DNA of 64,000 bases from contig JANMQO010000004.1 in the NCBI GenBank assembly GCA_031370565.1, positions 11,562 through 75,561 on the forward strand. The letters are read 5' to 3'. This stretch comes from Chloroflexota bacterium. GTDB taxonomy: Bacteria; Chloroflexota; Limnocylindria; Limnocylindrales; CSP1-4. The notes beneath the pieces were generated by a model. That model made no database searches and had not been told where the DNA came from. It saw only the letters and a program-made list of their open reading frames with translations. The translations under genes were made by a program, and so were the position numbers. Positions 17,648 through 26,651 of this stretch are shown here, piece by piece (position 1 is the first letter of the stretch; each line of letters begins with the position of its first letter).

Positions 17648-18273
17648 TGACCGAACCTGGTCCCTCGACTGGGGCGCCCGGGGCGATGCTGGTCATCATC
17701 TCCGGGCCGTCCGGCGTGGGCAAGGACACGATCATCGAGGCGCTCCGGGACCGGCCGCGGCAACCCGACTATCACTACGTCGTCACCTGCACGACCCGGC
17801 CGCGCCGCCCGGCAGAGACGGACGGGCTGAGCTATCACTTCCTCGATCGGGCCGCGTTCAGCGAGATGCACCGGGCCGGCGAGTTCCTGGAGGCCAATGA
17901 AGTCCACGGCAACTGGTACGGCACGCCGCGCGGACAGGTTCGGGCGGCGCTGGCCGCCGGACATGACGTCATGCTCAAGATCGACGTGCAGGGCGCCCAG
18001 GTGGTCAAGGAGAACGTCCCCGACGCGATCCTCATCTTCATCGTCCCACCGTCGCTGGAGACCCTGTTTCAGCGCCTGAAGCGCCGCGCGACGGAAACTG
18101 CCGATCAGCTCGAACTGCGCCAGCGCAACGCCGCCATCGAGCTGGCCCGCCAGGAGGACTACGACTACATCGTGGAGAACCGGGAGGGCGAGGTGGCTGC
18201 CACCGCCGCCCGAATCGACGCGATCATCAGCGCCGAGCGAGCCGGCCGTCCGGACCGTCGCGTCCGAGTCTGA
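17644..18273 (+). CDS. gmk: guanylate kinase
   Basis: Motifs MLVIISGPSGVGKDT...TTRPRRPAETDGLSYHF...ANEVHGNWYGT are present. The start forms a GTGA overlap with the rluD stop. Confidence 0.93.
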   Translation: MMTEPGPSTGAPGAMLVIISGPSGVGKDTIIEALRDRPRQPDYHYVVTCTTRPRRPAETDGLSYHFLDRAAFSEMHRAGEFLEANEVHGNWYGTPRGQVRAALAAGHDVMLKIDVQGAQVVKENVPDAILIFIVPPSLETLFQRLKRRATETADQLELRQRNAAIELARQEDYDYIVENREGEVAATAARIDAIISAERAGRPDRRVRV

Positions 18274-18331
18274 GCGACCGCTTCTGGCCCGCGCCCAGGA
18301 CCACGCGGAGTCGCGGCCGTCGGCCTGCATC

Positions 18332-21001
18332 GTGCCTACCGAGCTGACACGCGGCCCTGCCACAATGGCGGCCATGACCCGCACCGGACCGGCCGCCCCA
18401 GGCTTGCCACCCACGTCCGCCCCGCGGGCGAGCGGGCAGCTGAGCGACGGGTCGGCCCCGCCTGTGCTGGACCTGGGGTTGGTTCCGCCTGGTGCACCCG
18501 CTGCCGAGCGGATGTCGAGCGATGGCCGGGGCAGGGTCGAGGTGGCCGTCGACGCACCCGGCAGTGGTGCCCGGACGTATACGTACCTGCTCCCGGAGCG
18601 TCTCGCGGATGTCGAGCCCGGTGAGGCCGTGCTGGTCGAATTCGGCCGACGGCAGGCCATCGGGATCGTGCTGCGGTCCGCTGCCCACGTGCCGGGCGTC
18701 GAGCTGAAGCCCGTGCTGGAACGAGTTCGGGCGGATGGTCCCATCCTGCCGCCCCTGGCGCTTGGCCTGGCCCACTCCATCGCCGAACGGTACCTGGCGC
18801 CTCCGTCGCTCGTGTTGCGGGCGATGCTTCCGCCGGGCTTCCTGGAACGCCTGGAGCTGTTCGCCGAGCGACGACCTGCGTCGCTGCTGGTTTCGCCGGC
18901 CGGGGAGCAGCCTGGCGTTGGCGCGGCCGGGACAAGGTCAGCGCTGGGCACCGACGACCACGCGCTACTGGACCAACTCGAGGGTGGCCCCCTGGCGGTT
19001 CGCGATCTGGCCGCGCCAGACGGTCGGGCCGGGCTGGTCCGCCGACTGCGCGCCCTGGCGGCCGCCGGCTGGATCGATCTGGACTGGACGCTGGTTTCGG
19101 CCTCGGGTGGACCTCGCTACGAACGCTGGGCGCAGGCCACGGAATCGGGCCATGCGCAGCGTGAGCAGCTGCGCAGCGGGCTGCGTCCGGCTGGCCGGTC
19201 GCTGGGTCCGCGCCAGCTGGCACTGCTCGACGAGCTTGTCACCGGGTCCGCCACTGAACTCCCCGCCGCCGAGCTGAGCGGGCGCCACGGGACCTCCGTC
19301 CTGGCCGGCCTGGTCCGGCGCGGTCTGGCCGCCACCACTGTACGCGAGCGGCCGCGCCGCCCGCTGGCCGGTCGTCCGCCCGGTCAGCGCCCGGCCAGGC
19401 CGGTCAGTGCCGCCCTGACTGAGCCACAGGCGCTCGCCGTGGGTCTGGCCCGAACGGCAATCGCGGAGCGCGATCCGACGCCGCTCCTGCTCGATGGCGT
19501 CACCGGTGGTGGCAAGACGGCTGTCTACCGGGAAGCCATTGCCGCCTGCCTGGCTGCGGGTCGTCCGGCGCTCGTGCTGGTGCCGGAGATCGCGCTGGCA
19601 ATGCCCCTGGTGGACCGACTCCGGGCGGACCTCGATGCCCGGGTGGCGCTCGTCCATTCCGGCCTCGGGGCGGGGGAGCGGGCCGACGAGTGGCGGCGCA
19701 TCCGCGCCGGACAGGTGGATATCGTCGTCGGGACCAGGCTGGCCATCCTGGCGCCACTCGGAGACGTCGGCCTGATCATCGTGGACGAGGAACACGAGGG
19801 AACGTACAAGAGCGACCGGACGCCGCGCTTCCAGGCCCGCGACATGGCCCTCGAGTTGGGCCGTCTGGCCGGCGCGGCCGTCATCCTGGGCAGCGCCACG
19901 CCCGCGGTCGAGACGGTCGGCCGGGCACGCTCGGGCGTGTATCGACGGGTCGTCCTGCCGAGCAGGCCGTCTGGCGCACCGCCGCAGATGGAGCTGGTCG
20001 ACCTGCGGGCAGAGTTGGCCGCGGGCAACCGTGGGCTGCTGTCGGGACGCCTCATCGACGAGCTCGCCGCCCTGGACGTTCCCGCCGGCGATCGGGCCAT
20101 CCTGGTGATCAACCGGCGGGGCACGGCCTCGGTCGTGTTGTGCCGCGATTGCGGCCACGTCCAGGCCTGCCCGGAGTGCGCCCGGCCGCTGGTGTATCAC
20201 GAGGCCGGTGGTTCGCTGCGCTGCCATCACTGCGGGACCGCCGCCCCGATGGCCAGCCGCTGCCCCGCCTGCGGGTCGCCCCGGATCCGCTATCTCGGCG
20301 GGGGCACGGAGCGGGTGGAGCGGGAGGTTCGCGAGCGTTTGCCGCACCTGCGCGTCGGGCGGTTGGACCGGGACGTCGTGGAGCGCAAGGGTGCGGCCGT
20401 GCGGCTCATCGAGGCGTTCTCCGGTGGCCAGCTCGATGTGCTGGTGGGCACAAGCCTGGTGACCAAGGGGCTGGACATACCCGAGGTGATCCTGGTCGGC
20501 GTCGTCAGTGCCGATGTCGCCCTGAACCTCCCAGATGAACGAGCCGCGGAGCGGACCTACCAGCTCCTGGCCCAGGCGGTCGGCCGCGCCGGGCGTGGTG
20601 ATCGCCCCGGTCGGGCGATCATCCAGACCTATCAACCGGATCATCCCGCCATGCAGGCGGTCACGCGATCGGATCCGGCCGCCTTCTACGACGCCGAACT
20701 GCTGGTCCGCGAACGGTTCGGCTCGCCGCCGTTCGGGCGTCTGGTCAAGCTGACCGTGGGGCTGGCCGATCCGGTCGCAGCGGAACGGGAGGCCGTCGCG
20801 ATGGCGGACCGACTGCGTCAACGGGCGACCGACCGCGGCGCGCGGGTCGCAGTGATCGGTCCAGCCCCCGCGTTCCTGCGTCGACGGTCGGGCCGCTGGC
20901 GCTGGAACGTGGTCCTGCGCGGCGATGCCCCGGCCGCGCTGCTCGACGGGGGTGTGGAGGCCCCGTGGTCGGTCGACGTGGACCCCGACTCGCTGCTCTG
21001 A
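18332..21001 (+). CDS. priA: primosomal protein N' (replication restart helicase PriA)
   Basis: Walker A LLDGVTGGGKTAVY, DEEH box IIVDEEHE, and Cys4 zinc motifs CRDCGHVQACPECARPLVYH...CHHCG. The start is uncertain (GTG 18332 or ATG 18374). Confidence 0.9.
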   Translation: MPTELTRGPATMAAMTRTGPAAPGLPPTSAPRASGQLSDGSAPPVLDLGLVPPGAPAAERMSSDGRGRVEVAVDAPGSGARTYTYLLPERLADVEPGEAVLVEFGRRQAIGIVLRSAAHVPGVELKPVLERVRADGPILPPLALGLAHSIAERYLAPPSLVLRAMLPPGFLERLELFAERRPASLLVSPAGEQPGVGAAGTRSALGTDDHALLDQLEGGPLAVRDLAAPDGRAGLVRRLRALAAAGWIDLDWTLVSASGGPRYERWAQATESGHAQREQLRSGLRPAGRSLGPRQLALLDELVTGSATELPAAELSGRHGTSVLAGLVRRGLAATTVRERPRRPLAGRPPGQRPARPVSAALTEPQALAVGLARTAIAERDPTPLLLDGVTGGGKTAVYREAIAACLAAGRPALVLVPEIALAMPLVDRLRADLDARVALVHSGLGAGERADEWRRIRAGQVDIVVGTRLAILAPLGDVGLIIVDEEHEGTYKSDRTPRFQARDMALELGRLAGAAVILGSATPAVETVGRARSGVYRRVVLPSRPSGAPPQMELVDLRAELAAGNRGLLSGRLIDELAALDVPAGDRAILVINRRGTASVVLCRDCGHVQACPECARPLVYHEAGGSLRCHHCGTAAPMASRCPACGSPRIRYLGGGTERVEREVRERLPHLRVGRLDRDVVERKGAAVRLIEAFSGGQLDVLVGTSLVTKGLDIPEVILVGVVSADVALNLPDERAAERTYQLLAQAVGRAGRGDRPGRAIIQTYQPDHPAMQAVTRSDPAAFYDAELLVRERFGSPPFGRLVKLTVGLADPVAAEREAVAMADRLRQRATDRGARVAVIGPAPAFLRRRSGRWRWNVVLRGDAPAALLDGGVEAPWSVDVDPDSLL
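18358..18366 (+). promoter_or_regulatory. extended -10-like TGcCACAAT, 7 nt upstream of in-frame ATG 18374 of priA
   Basis: The sequence reads TGC-CACAAT-GGCGGCC-ATG, the same geometry seen at def and rlmN. Confidence 0.3.
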
Positions 21002-21063
21002 GTCGGCCTGTTGCGGGTCCTCGGCCGACGGGCGACGGCCCGGGACGATCGAGGGTCCTTCGC

Positions 21064-21069
21064 TATACT
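21064..21069 (+). promoter_or_regulatory. -10-like TATACT exactly 7 nt upstream of def ATG (leaderless geometry)
   Basis: The sequence reads GC-TATACT-GCCGGCC-ATG(21077). No Shine-Dalgarno is possible at this spacing. Confidence 0.4.
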
Positions 21070-21076
21070 GCCGGCC

Positions 21077-21631
21077 ATGAGTGTCAAGCCGATCGTGCTC
21101 CTGGGTGACCCGCGCCTGCGCCTCAGGGGCGAACCCGTCGACAGCTTCGGCAAATACCTCCATGGGCTGCTGGACGACCTCACCCACACGATGCGCCACG
21201 CGCCGGGAGTGGGCCTGGCCGCGCCGCAGCTGGGCGAGGCAAAGATGGTCTGCGTCGTCGAGGTGGAGCGTCGCCTGTACGAGCTGGTCAACCCACGGAT
21301 CGTGCGCGCCGACGGTGACGACCGCGACCTGGAGGGCTGTCTGTCCGTGCCGGGCTACGTGGCCTACGTGACCCGCCGCGAGAAGGTCTGGGTGGTCGCC
21401 CAAGATCGCCACGGCCGGAAATTCAAGGTGAGTGGCTCCGGACTCCTCGGGCGGGCCCTCCAACATGAGCTGGACCACCTGGCCGGCAAGCTGTATATCG
21501 ACTACCTCGAGTCCATGGACGAGCTCATCGCCGTCGGGAGCGGCGAGGACGGCGACGCGGATGACCACGGGTTCAAGCATGAGACGGGCCGCGACGCGGC
21601 CATCCGCGCGGCGACCGGCGCGTTGGCCTGA
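21077..21631 (+). CDS. def: peptide deformylase
   Basis: All three deformylase motifs are present: GVGLAAPQLG, EGCLSVPG and HELDHLAG. Confidence 0.93.
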   Translation: MSVKPIVLLGDPRLRLRGEPVDSFGKYLHGLLDDLTHTMRHAPGVGLAAPQLGEAKMVCVVEVERRLYELVNPRIVRADGDDRDLEGCLSVPGYVAYVTRREKVWVVAQDRHGRKFKVSGSGLLGRALQHELDHLAGKLYIDYLESMDELIAVGSGEDGDADDHGFKHETGRDAAIRAATGALA

Positions 21632-21650
21632 GCCGGCCGTCCGGCCGTCC

Positions 21651-22625
21651 GTGACCGACCCGAGCGCTGGCCCACCCGCCCGGACCATCTTTCTGGGCAG
21701 CGGCGGGTTCGCCGTCCCGATCCTCGAGGCGCTGGTCGCTGCCCCGGAGGTCGTCCTTGTGGCGGTGGTGACGGCACCGGATCGGCCGGTGGGTCGCCAC
21801 GGCCGCCTCCGCTCGACGCCAGTCGCCGCCCGCGCGGCGGAGCTGGGTCTGCCGGTCCTGACGCCCGCCCGGATTCGCGACCCGGCGGTCATCGCGTCCA
21901 TCGCGGCCCTGCAACCCGCCCTGGGCGTCCTGGCGGACTATGGCCGGATCGTGCCGCAGGCCCTGCTCGACGTCCCGCTGCACGGGATCCTCAATGTCCA
22001 CCCGTCGCTGCTGCCGCGTCACCGCGGGGCGACGCCGATTCCGGCAGCCATCCTGGCCGCAGACGCGACGACCGGCGTGACCGTCATCCAGATGGACGCT
22101 GGGCTGGACACCGGCCCGATCGTGGCGGCCGAGTCATGGTTGCTCAGCGGGTCGGAGACAGCGCCGGTCATCGAGGCGCAGGCGGCCGCCGTGGGGGCTC
22201 GACTCATCCGCGCCCTACTGGCCGAGTGGTTGGCCGGACAGCTGCCGGCCCATCTGCAAGACGAGCGGGACGCCACCCTCAGCCGACCGCTCCGCCGTGA
22301 GGACGGACGGCTGGACCCCGCCCGACCCGCGATCGAACTGGAGCGGGCGGTGCGGGCCTACCTGCCCTGGCCGGGCACGTTTCTCGAGACGCCCCGCGGG
22401 CGACTGGCCGTACGGGCGGCAACGGTCGAGCCGGCGGCACCGGGGGACGTACCGGGCGACGTCGTGGAGGACGACCTGGGCCTTGCCCTGGTGACTGTGG
22501 TGGATCGTCTTCGATTGCTCGAGGTCCAGCCCGCGGGCGGTCGTTCGATGTCCGGCGCGGCCTACCTGCGCGGACGAGTTGGGCGAGCCGATCCGGCCGA
22601 CCGGCACCCGGCAGGGCGCCCGTAG
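21651..22625 (+). CDS. fmt: methionyl-tRNA formyltransferase
   Basis: Motifs IFLGSGGFAVPILEAL and NVHPSLLPRHRGATPI are present. GTG 21651 is the first in-frame start after the def stop. Confidence 0.9.
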   Translation: MTDPSAGPPARTIFLGSGGFAVPILEALVAAPEVVLVAVVTAPDRPVGRHGRLRSTPVAARAAELGLPVLTPARIRDPAVIASIAALQPALGVLADYGRIVPQALLDVPLHGILNVHPSLLPRHRGATPIPAAILAADATTGVTVIQMDAGLDTGPIVAAESWLLSGSETAPVIEAQAAAVGARLIRALLAEWLAGQLPAHLQDERDATLSRPLRREDGRLDPARPAIELERAVRAYLPWPGTFLETPRGRLAVRAATVEPAAPGDVPGDVVEDDLGLALVTVVDRLRLLEVQPAGGRSMSGAAYLRGRVGRADPADRHPAGRP

Positions 22626-22709
22626 CGGCCGAGCCCGGCCCCGGGAGTTCCGGAGCGCCAGCGCGGTCGGCGCGCTCCGCGGGGCGGACGCGGTCGGCGC
22701 TGGGTGCCG

Positions 22710-22718
22710 TGCGACAAT
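22710..22718 (+). promoter_or_regulatory. extended -10-like TGcGACAAT, 7 nt upstream of GTG 22726 (leaderless geometry for rlmN)
   Basis: The sequence reads TGC-GACAAT-GCGGCCC-GTG. Confidence 0.3.
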
Positions 22719-23967
22719 GCGGCCCGTGAGTGAGCCGACAATCCGAGACATCCGGCCTGGTCTGAGCGGACTGGCGCCCGATGCGCTGGTCGAATGGTTC
22801 GCGGCCCGACGGCAGCCGTCCTACCGGGCGCGCCAGGTGTCCGACGCGCTATGGGCTGGCCACGCTGCGTCCGGGTCGGACGTCCACACGCTGCCCGCCG
22901 ACCTGCGCGCGGAGTTCGACGCGGCCTACCGGTTCGACACCGTGGCCCAGACCGAGCTGCGCGTGTCGGACGGCGGCCTGACCGAGAAGGGGCTGCACCA
23001 CCTGTCCGACGGCGCGCTCATCGAGTCGGTGCTCATGCACTATCCGGCCAGGGCCGGTCAGCGCGAGCGACACACCGTGTGCATCTCCAGTCAGGCCGGC
23101 TGCGCGGTAGGCTGCCCGTTCTGTGCCACCGGCGAGCTCGGCTTCGGCCGCGATCTCGAAACCGCGGAGATCGTCGACCAGGTTCGGGCTGCCGCACGCC
23201 GCCTGGCACTCGACGGTCGGCGCCTGACCAACGTCGTGTTCATGGGCATGGGTGAGCCACTGCTCAACCTGGACCGGGTACTGGAGGCCGTCACCGCGCT
23301 GTCCGACCCGCGGCGCTTCGGGCTGGGTGCTCGCCACATCACGGTGTCCACGTCGGGCGTCGTGCCGGGCATCCGCAGATTGACTGCGCTTGGGCCGCAG
23401 TTCACCCTGGCGGTCAGCCTGCACGCCGCCCGAGATGCCCTGCGTGACGTCCTCGTGCCCCTCAACCGGCGCTGGCCGGTAGCGGAGGTCGTCGACGCCG
23501 CCCGCGACCATGCCCGCACAACCGGTCGGCGGATCTCCTACGAGGTCACCCTCATCGACGGGGTGAACGACACCGCCGTTGACGCGGCAGCCCTGGCGGA
23601 TCTCCTGCGCGGCGATCTGTGCCATGTCAACCTTATCCCGATGAACCCGGTCGCCCACACCCCCTGGCAGGCAAGCCCGATGCCGACCATCGAGCGCTTC
23701 GCGGAGCGCCTCGCGCAAGATGGCATCGCGGTCACCATTCGGCGCAACCGCGGCCAGGAGATCGGTGCGGCCTGTGGCCAGCTGGCCGCCGAACGGGCCG
23801 GCGAGCCTCCACCATCCGTCGTCGCCCGGCGACGGGAACGGCTCATCCGTGATAGCGCGGCCGCCCTGCGCGGCGAACGGACGGTTGCCCCCGAGGCTGT
23901 CGAACCTGCCGGCGAGCTGACCGCGGCGCCGATCATCCGGCCGGCCAGCTCACCCGCCGGAGCCTGA
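22717..23967 (+). CDS. rlmN: 23S rRNA/tRNA m2A methyltransferase RlmN (radical SAM)
   Basis: Radical-SAM cluster motif SSQAGCAVGCPFCATG, with MGMGEPLLN and CGQLAA at the C-terminus. The start is ATG 22717 or GTG 22726. Confidence 0.9.
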   Translation: MRPVSEPTIRDIRPGLSGLAPDALVEWFAARRQPSYRARQVSDALWAGHAASGSDVHTLPADLRAEFDAAYRFDTVAQTELRVSDGGLTEKGLHHLSDGALIESVLMHYPARAGQRERHTVCISSQAGCAVGCPFCATGELGFGRDLETAEIVDQVRAAARRLALDGRRLTNVVFMGMGEPLLNLDRVLEAVTALSDPRRFGLGARHITVSTSGVVPGIRRLTALGPQFTLAVSLHAARDALRDVLVPLNRRWPVAEVVDAARDHARTTGRRISYEVTLIDGVNDTAVDAAALADLLRGDLCHVNLIPMNPVAHTPWQASPMPTIERFAERLAQDGIAVTIRRNRGQEIGAACGQLAAERAGEPPPSVVARRRERLIRDSAAALRGERTVAPEAVEPAGELTAAPIIRPASSPAGA

Positions 23968-23969
23968 CC

Positions 23970-24998
23970 ATGGGTACCGGTCGCGCCCGCCTGGCGGCAA
24001 GCATCCTCGATAGCGACCTGGCCAACCTGGCCGCGGTGGCCCGACGCGTCCAGAAGGCCGGTGCCGATCGTATCCACCTCGACGTCATGGACGGCCATTT
24101 CGTGCCGAACCTGACCTTCGGCCCACGCACCATCAAGGCGCTCCGATCACGAACTGAGTTGCCCCTCGACGCGCATCTCATGATCAGTGAACCGGGCCGC
24201 TACATCAACCAGTTCATCGAAGCCGGCTGCGATTCGATCACGATCCACGTTGAGGTAGAGGAGCCGATCGAGCCGACGCTGCGGGCTATCCGAGCGGCCG
24301 GCCTGGCGCCGGGGCTCGCCTTGCGGCCGGCCACCCCACTTCGGGCGCTGCAGCGCTACCGTCAACTCATCGATATCGTCATGGTCATGACCGTGGAGCC
24401 TGGCTTCGGCGGTCAGGCGTTCATGCCGGAGCCGGCGCGCAAGATCCTGCGTGCCCGAGCCTTGTTCAAGGAACGCCCCCTGGGCGGCGAAATCCACGTC
24501 GATGGTGGCATCAACCGGGAGACCGCCGAGTACGTTGGCGGGCTCGGTGCGGACGTGCTGGTGGTTGGCTCGGCGCTGTTCAAGCGGGGCCATGACATGG
24601 GTCGGGAGGTTCGGCTCGTCAAAGCCCTGGCAGACGAGGGTTATGCCTTCGAGCTGAACAACGGCAAGCCGCCCATCCCGCGCGACGAGTGGCGCAGCGT
24701 GGCCAGCCTGCCCAAGCACGTCGCGCTGCGGTTGCAAGCCATCATCGAGGCGGGCGGCATTCCGGTGATCATGCTCCGGTCGGATGGCCAGATGAACCCG
24801 GATGGCGTCAGGAGCTACGAGTTGCTGGTTCCCCGGATGGTCGAGGCGCTCGCCCTCGATCGCTACGCCGAGGCGCGCCAGTCAGCTCGTGTCGAGGCCG
24901 ACGCGTGGCGGGCGTCCTACGGCGTGGCGACGGCCGGCCAAGGCGCGGGTAACGGCACGGGCGTCGGCGACAGGGCGGCCGGTCCTCACACCGGATGA
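23970..24998 (+). CDS. rpe: ribulose-phosphate 3-epimerase with an unrecognised ~135-aa C-terminal extension
   Basis: The Rpe core reads HLDVMDGHFVPNLTFG...DAHLM...MTVEPGFGGQAF...HVDGGIN...VVGSALFK. About 135 further residues follow with no match I recognise. Confidence 0.9.
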   Translation: MGTGRARLAASILDSDLANLAAVARRVQKAGADRIHLDVMDGHFVPNLTFGPRTIKALRSRTELPLDAHLMISEPGRYINQFIEAGCDSITIHVEVEEPIEPTLRAIRAAGLAPGLALRPATPLRALQRYRQLIDIVMVMTVEPGFGGQAFMPEPARKILRARALFKERPLGGEIHVDGGINRETAEYVGGLGADVLVVGSALFKRGHDMGREVRLVKALADEGYAFELNNGKPPIPRDEWRSVASLPKHVALRLQAIIEAGGIPVIMLRSDGQMNPDGVRSYELLVPRMVEALALDRYAEARQSARVEADAWRASYGVATAGQGAGNGTGVGDRAAGPHTG

Positions 24999-26293
24999 GC
25001 GACGAGTTGCCCTTCCGCCCAACCGAGGCGAGTAGTCCGACCCGGCCTTCGACGACCACGGACGCGGACGCCGACACGGCCGCTGGTTCGCCGTCGTCGT
25101 CGTCGCCCGGCACGGCGCCCCACGGATTGGCCCGCCGCAACGATCGGCTGCTGCTGCTCGCCGTCGGCGGCTACATCGCGGTGCTGACGGTGCTCATGCT
25201 GGTGCGCGGCGTGTCGATCACGCCGGACGTGCTGCTCGTGGCGCTGGGTCTGGCGGCGGTCATGCTCGGTCGGGGGCGTCTCTTCGTGCGTGACTGGATC
25301 CCGTTCATCGGCCTGTTCTTCGCCTACGAGTTGATGCGCGGCTACGCCGACAACTTCGGCCTGAGCGTGCATGTCACGGACATCATCGCCATCGAACGCG
25401 CACTGTTCGGCGGCAGCCTGCCGACCGAAGTCCTCCAGCGCGCATTCCACCCAGCGACGGGCATAGATGTCATCGCCTCGGTCGCGACGATCTTCTACTT
25501 CCTGCATTTCCCGTTGCCGCTGGCCGTCGGGTTCTTCCTGTGGCTCCGCCGGCGGCGCGTCTACTACGACTACGTGGCTGCGCTCATCCTGCTGTCCATG
25601 GCCGGTTTTGTGACCTTCCTGCTGGTCCCGGTGGCGCCACCGTGGTGGGCGGCCGAACACGGATTTCTGCCTGGCCCAGATGGCCGACCGGCGATCGTGT
25701 ACCTCAAGGAGCTGGGCTTCAACCAGTTGGCCCAGGCCTTCGGGTTCGAGGGTCACTACCTCTACAGCTACGCGATCTACGACATCAACCCCAACCAGGT
25801 CGCGGCGTTTCCGTCGCTCCATGCCGGGTTCCCGTTTCTGGCCTTCCTGTTCGCCCGTCGGACATTCGGACGGGTGGGTTGGGTCATGCTGGCCTACGCG
25901 CTGTGCGTCTGGCTGTCGGTCGTCTACCTCGCCGATCACTACGTGGTCGACGTGCTGGCCGGGATCGCCTATGCGAGCGCGGCGTACTGGTTGATCGCGC
26001 ACGCCCCGGGTTGGTTCCGCCGGGTGATCGACGATGCGGCGGACCCGGAGCTCGAGGCCCGGGTCGAGGCGGCCGAGGCGGGCGACAGTGACGGCATCCG
26101 TCGGCTCGGTCGGCGGGTGCGCTGGACGGTGGTCGCGCAGGGCCTGCTGTTGGCGCTCCTCGGCGCGATCGGGGCGGCCTGGCTGGCGCGGACCGGGGCG
26201 CTGGGCGGCGCCAGCACGCCGCTCTACCTGGTGCCCTGGCTGGCGGCTCTGGCTGGCCTGTGGCGCGCCGCAGCGGGCCTGCTCAGCCGCTGA
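24995..26293 (+). CDS. PAP2-superfamily integral membrane protein (inositolphosphotransferase/PAP2_C-like)
   Basis: Polytopic protein with PSLHAGFPFL and ADHYVVDVLAGIAYA motifs and a disordered N-terminus. The start forms an ATGA overlap with the rpe stop. Confidence 0.7.
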   Translation: MSDELPFRPTEASSPTRPSTTTDADADTAAGSPSSSSPGTAPHGLARRNDRLLLLAVGGYIAVLTVLMLVRGVSITPDVLLVALGLAAVMLGRGRLFVRDWIPFIGLFFAYELMRGYADNFGLSVHVTDIIAIERALFGGSLPTEVLQRAFHPATGIDVIASVATIFYFLHFPLPLAVGFFLWLRRRRVYYDYVAALILLSMAGFVTFLLVPVAPPWWAAEHGFLPGPDGRPAIVYLKELGFNQLAQAFGFEGHYLYSYAIYDINPNQVAAFPSLHAGFPFLAFLFARRTFGRVGWVMLAYALCVWLSVVYLADHYVVDVLAGIAYASAAYWLIAHAPGWFRRVIDDAADPELEARVEAAEAGDSDGIRRLGRRVRWTVVAQGLLLALLGAIGAAWLARTGALGGASTPLYLVPWLAALAGLWRAAAGLLSR

Positions 26294-26494
26294 CTAGCGA
26301 CTGCCCTTGGAGATCGTGCGTCGGCAGCGCGTGCAGACCCGTTGCTTCTTCGCCTCACCGGTCGCCGTGGTGACGATGAGCGGCTGCAGGTTGGGCTGGA
26401 GGCGGCGATGGGCGCGAACGCGGTTCATCCCTGACGACTGGGGGTTGTAGCCACCCATCGATTGCTTGCCGCATACGGCGCATGCACGGGCCAT
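26294..26494 (-). CDS. rpmB: 50S ribosomal protein L28
   Basis: Sequence MARACAVCGKQSMGGYNPQSSGMNRVRAHRRLQPNLQ... with a GAGGA Shine-Dalgarno upstream. The longer track ORF (to 26989) is an artefactual extension antisense to yloV. Confidence 0.92.
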   Translation of the reverse strand: MARACAVCGKQSMGGYNPQSSGMNRVRAHRRLQPNLQPLIVTTATGEAKKQRVCTRCRRTISKGSR

Positions 26495-26651
26495 CTCGGT
26501 CCTCTGCTGGGGGTTCGGGTCACGGGGCGCGAACTCGCAATGCGGTCGGGCAGGCGGTACGATAGCACATCGCTCCCGCGGCCCCGGCAATCGGGGCATC
26601 AGGCGCCCGAGTCGGCGGTCGTCTGATCGGACCACGGAGGCAACCGCCCGC

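Noticed and set aside
18965-21901. 978-aa minus-strand ORF
   Set aside because: It is antisense to priA, def and fmt and shows the same compositional artefact. There is no recognisable motif and no start context.
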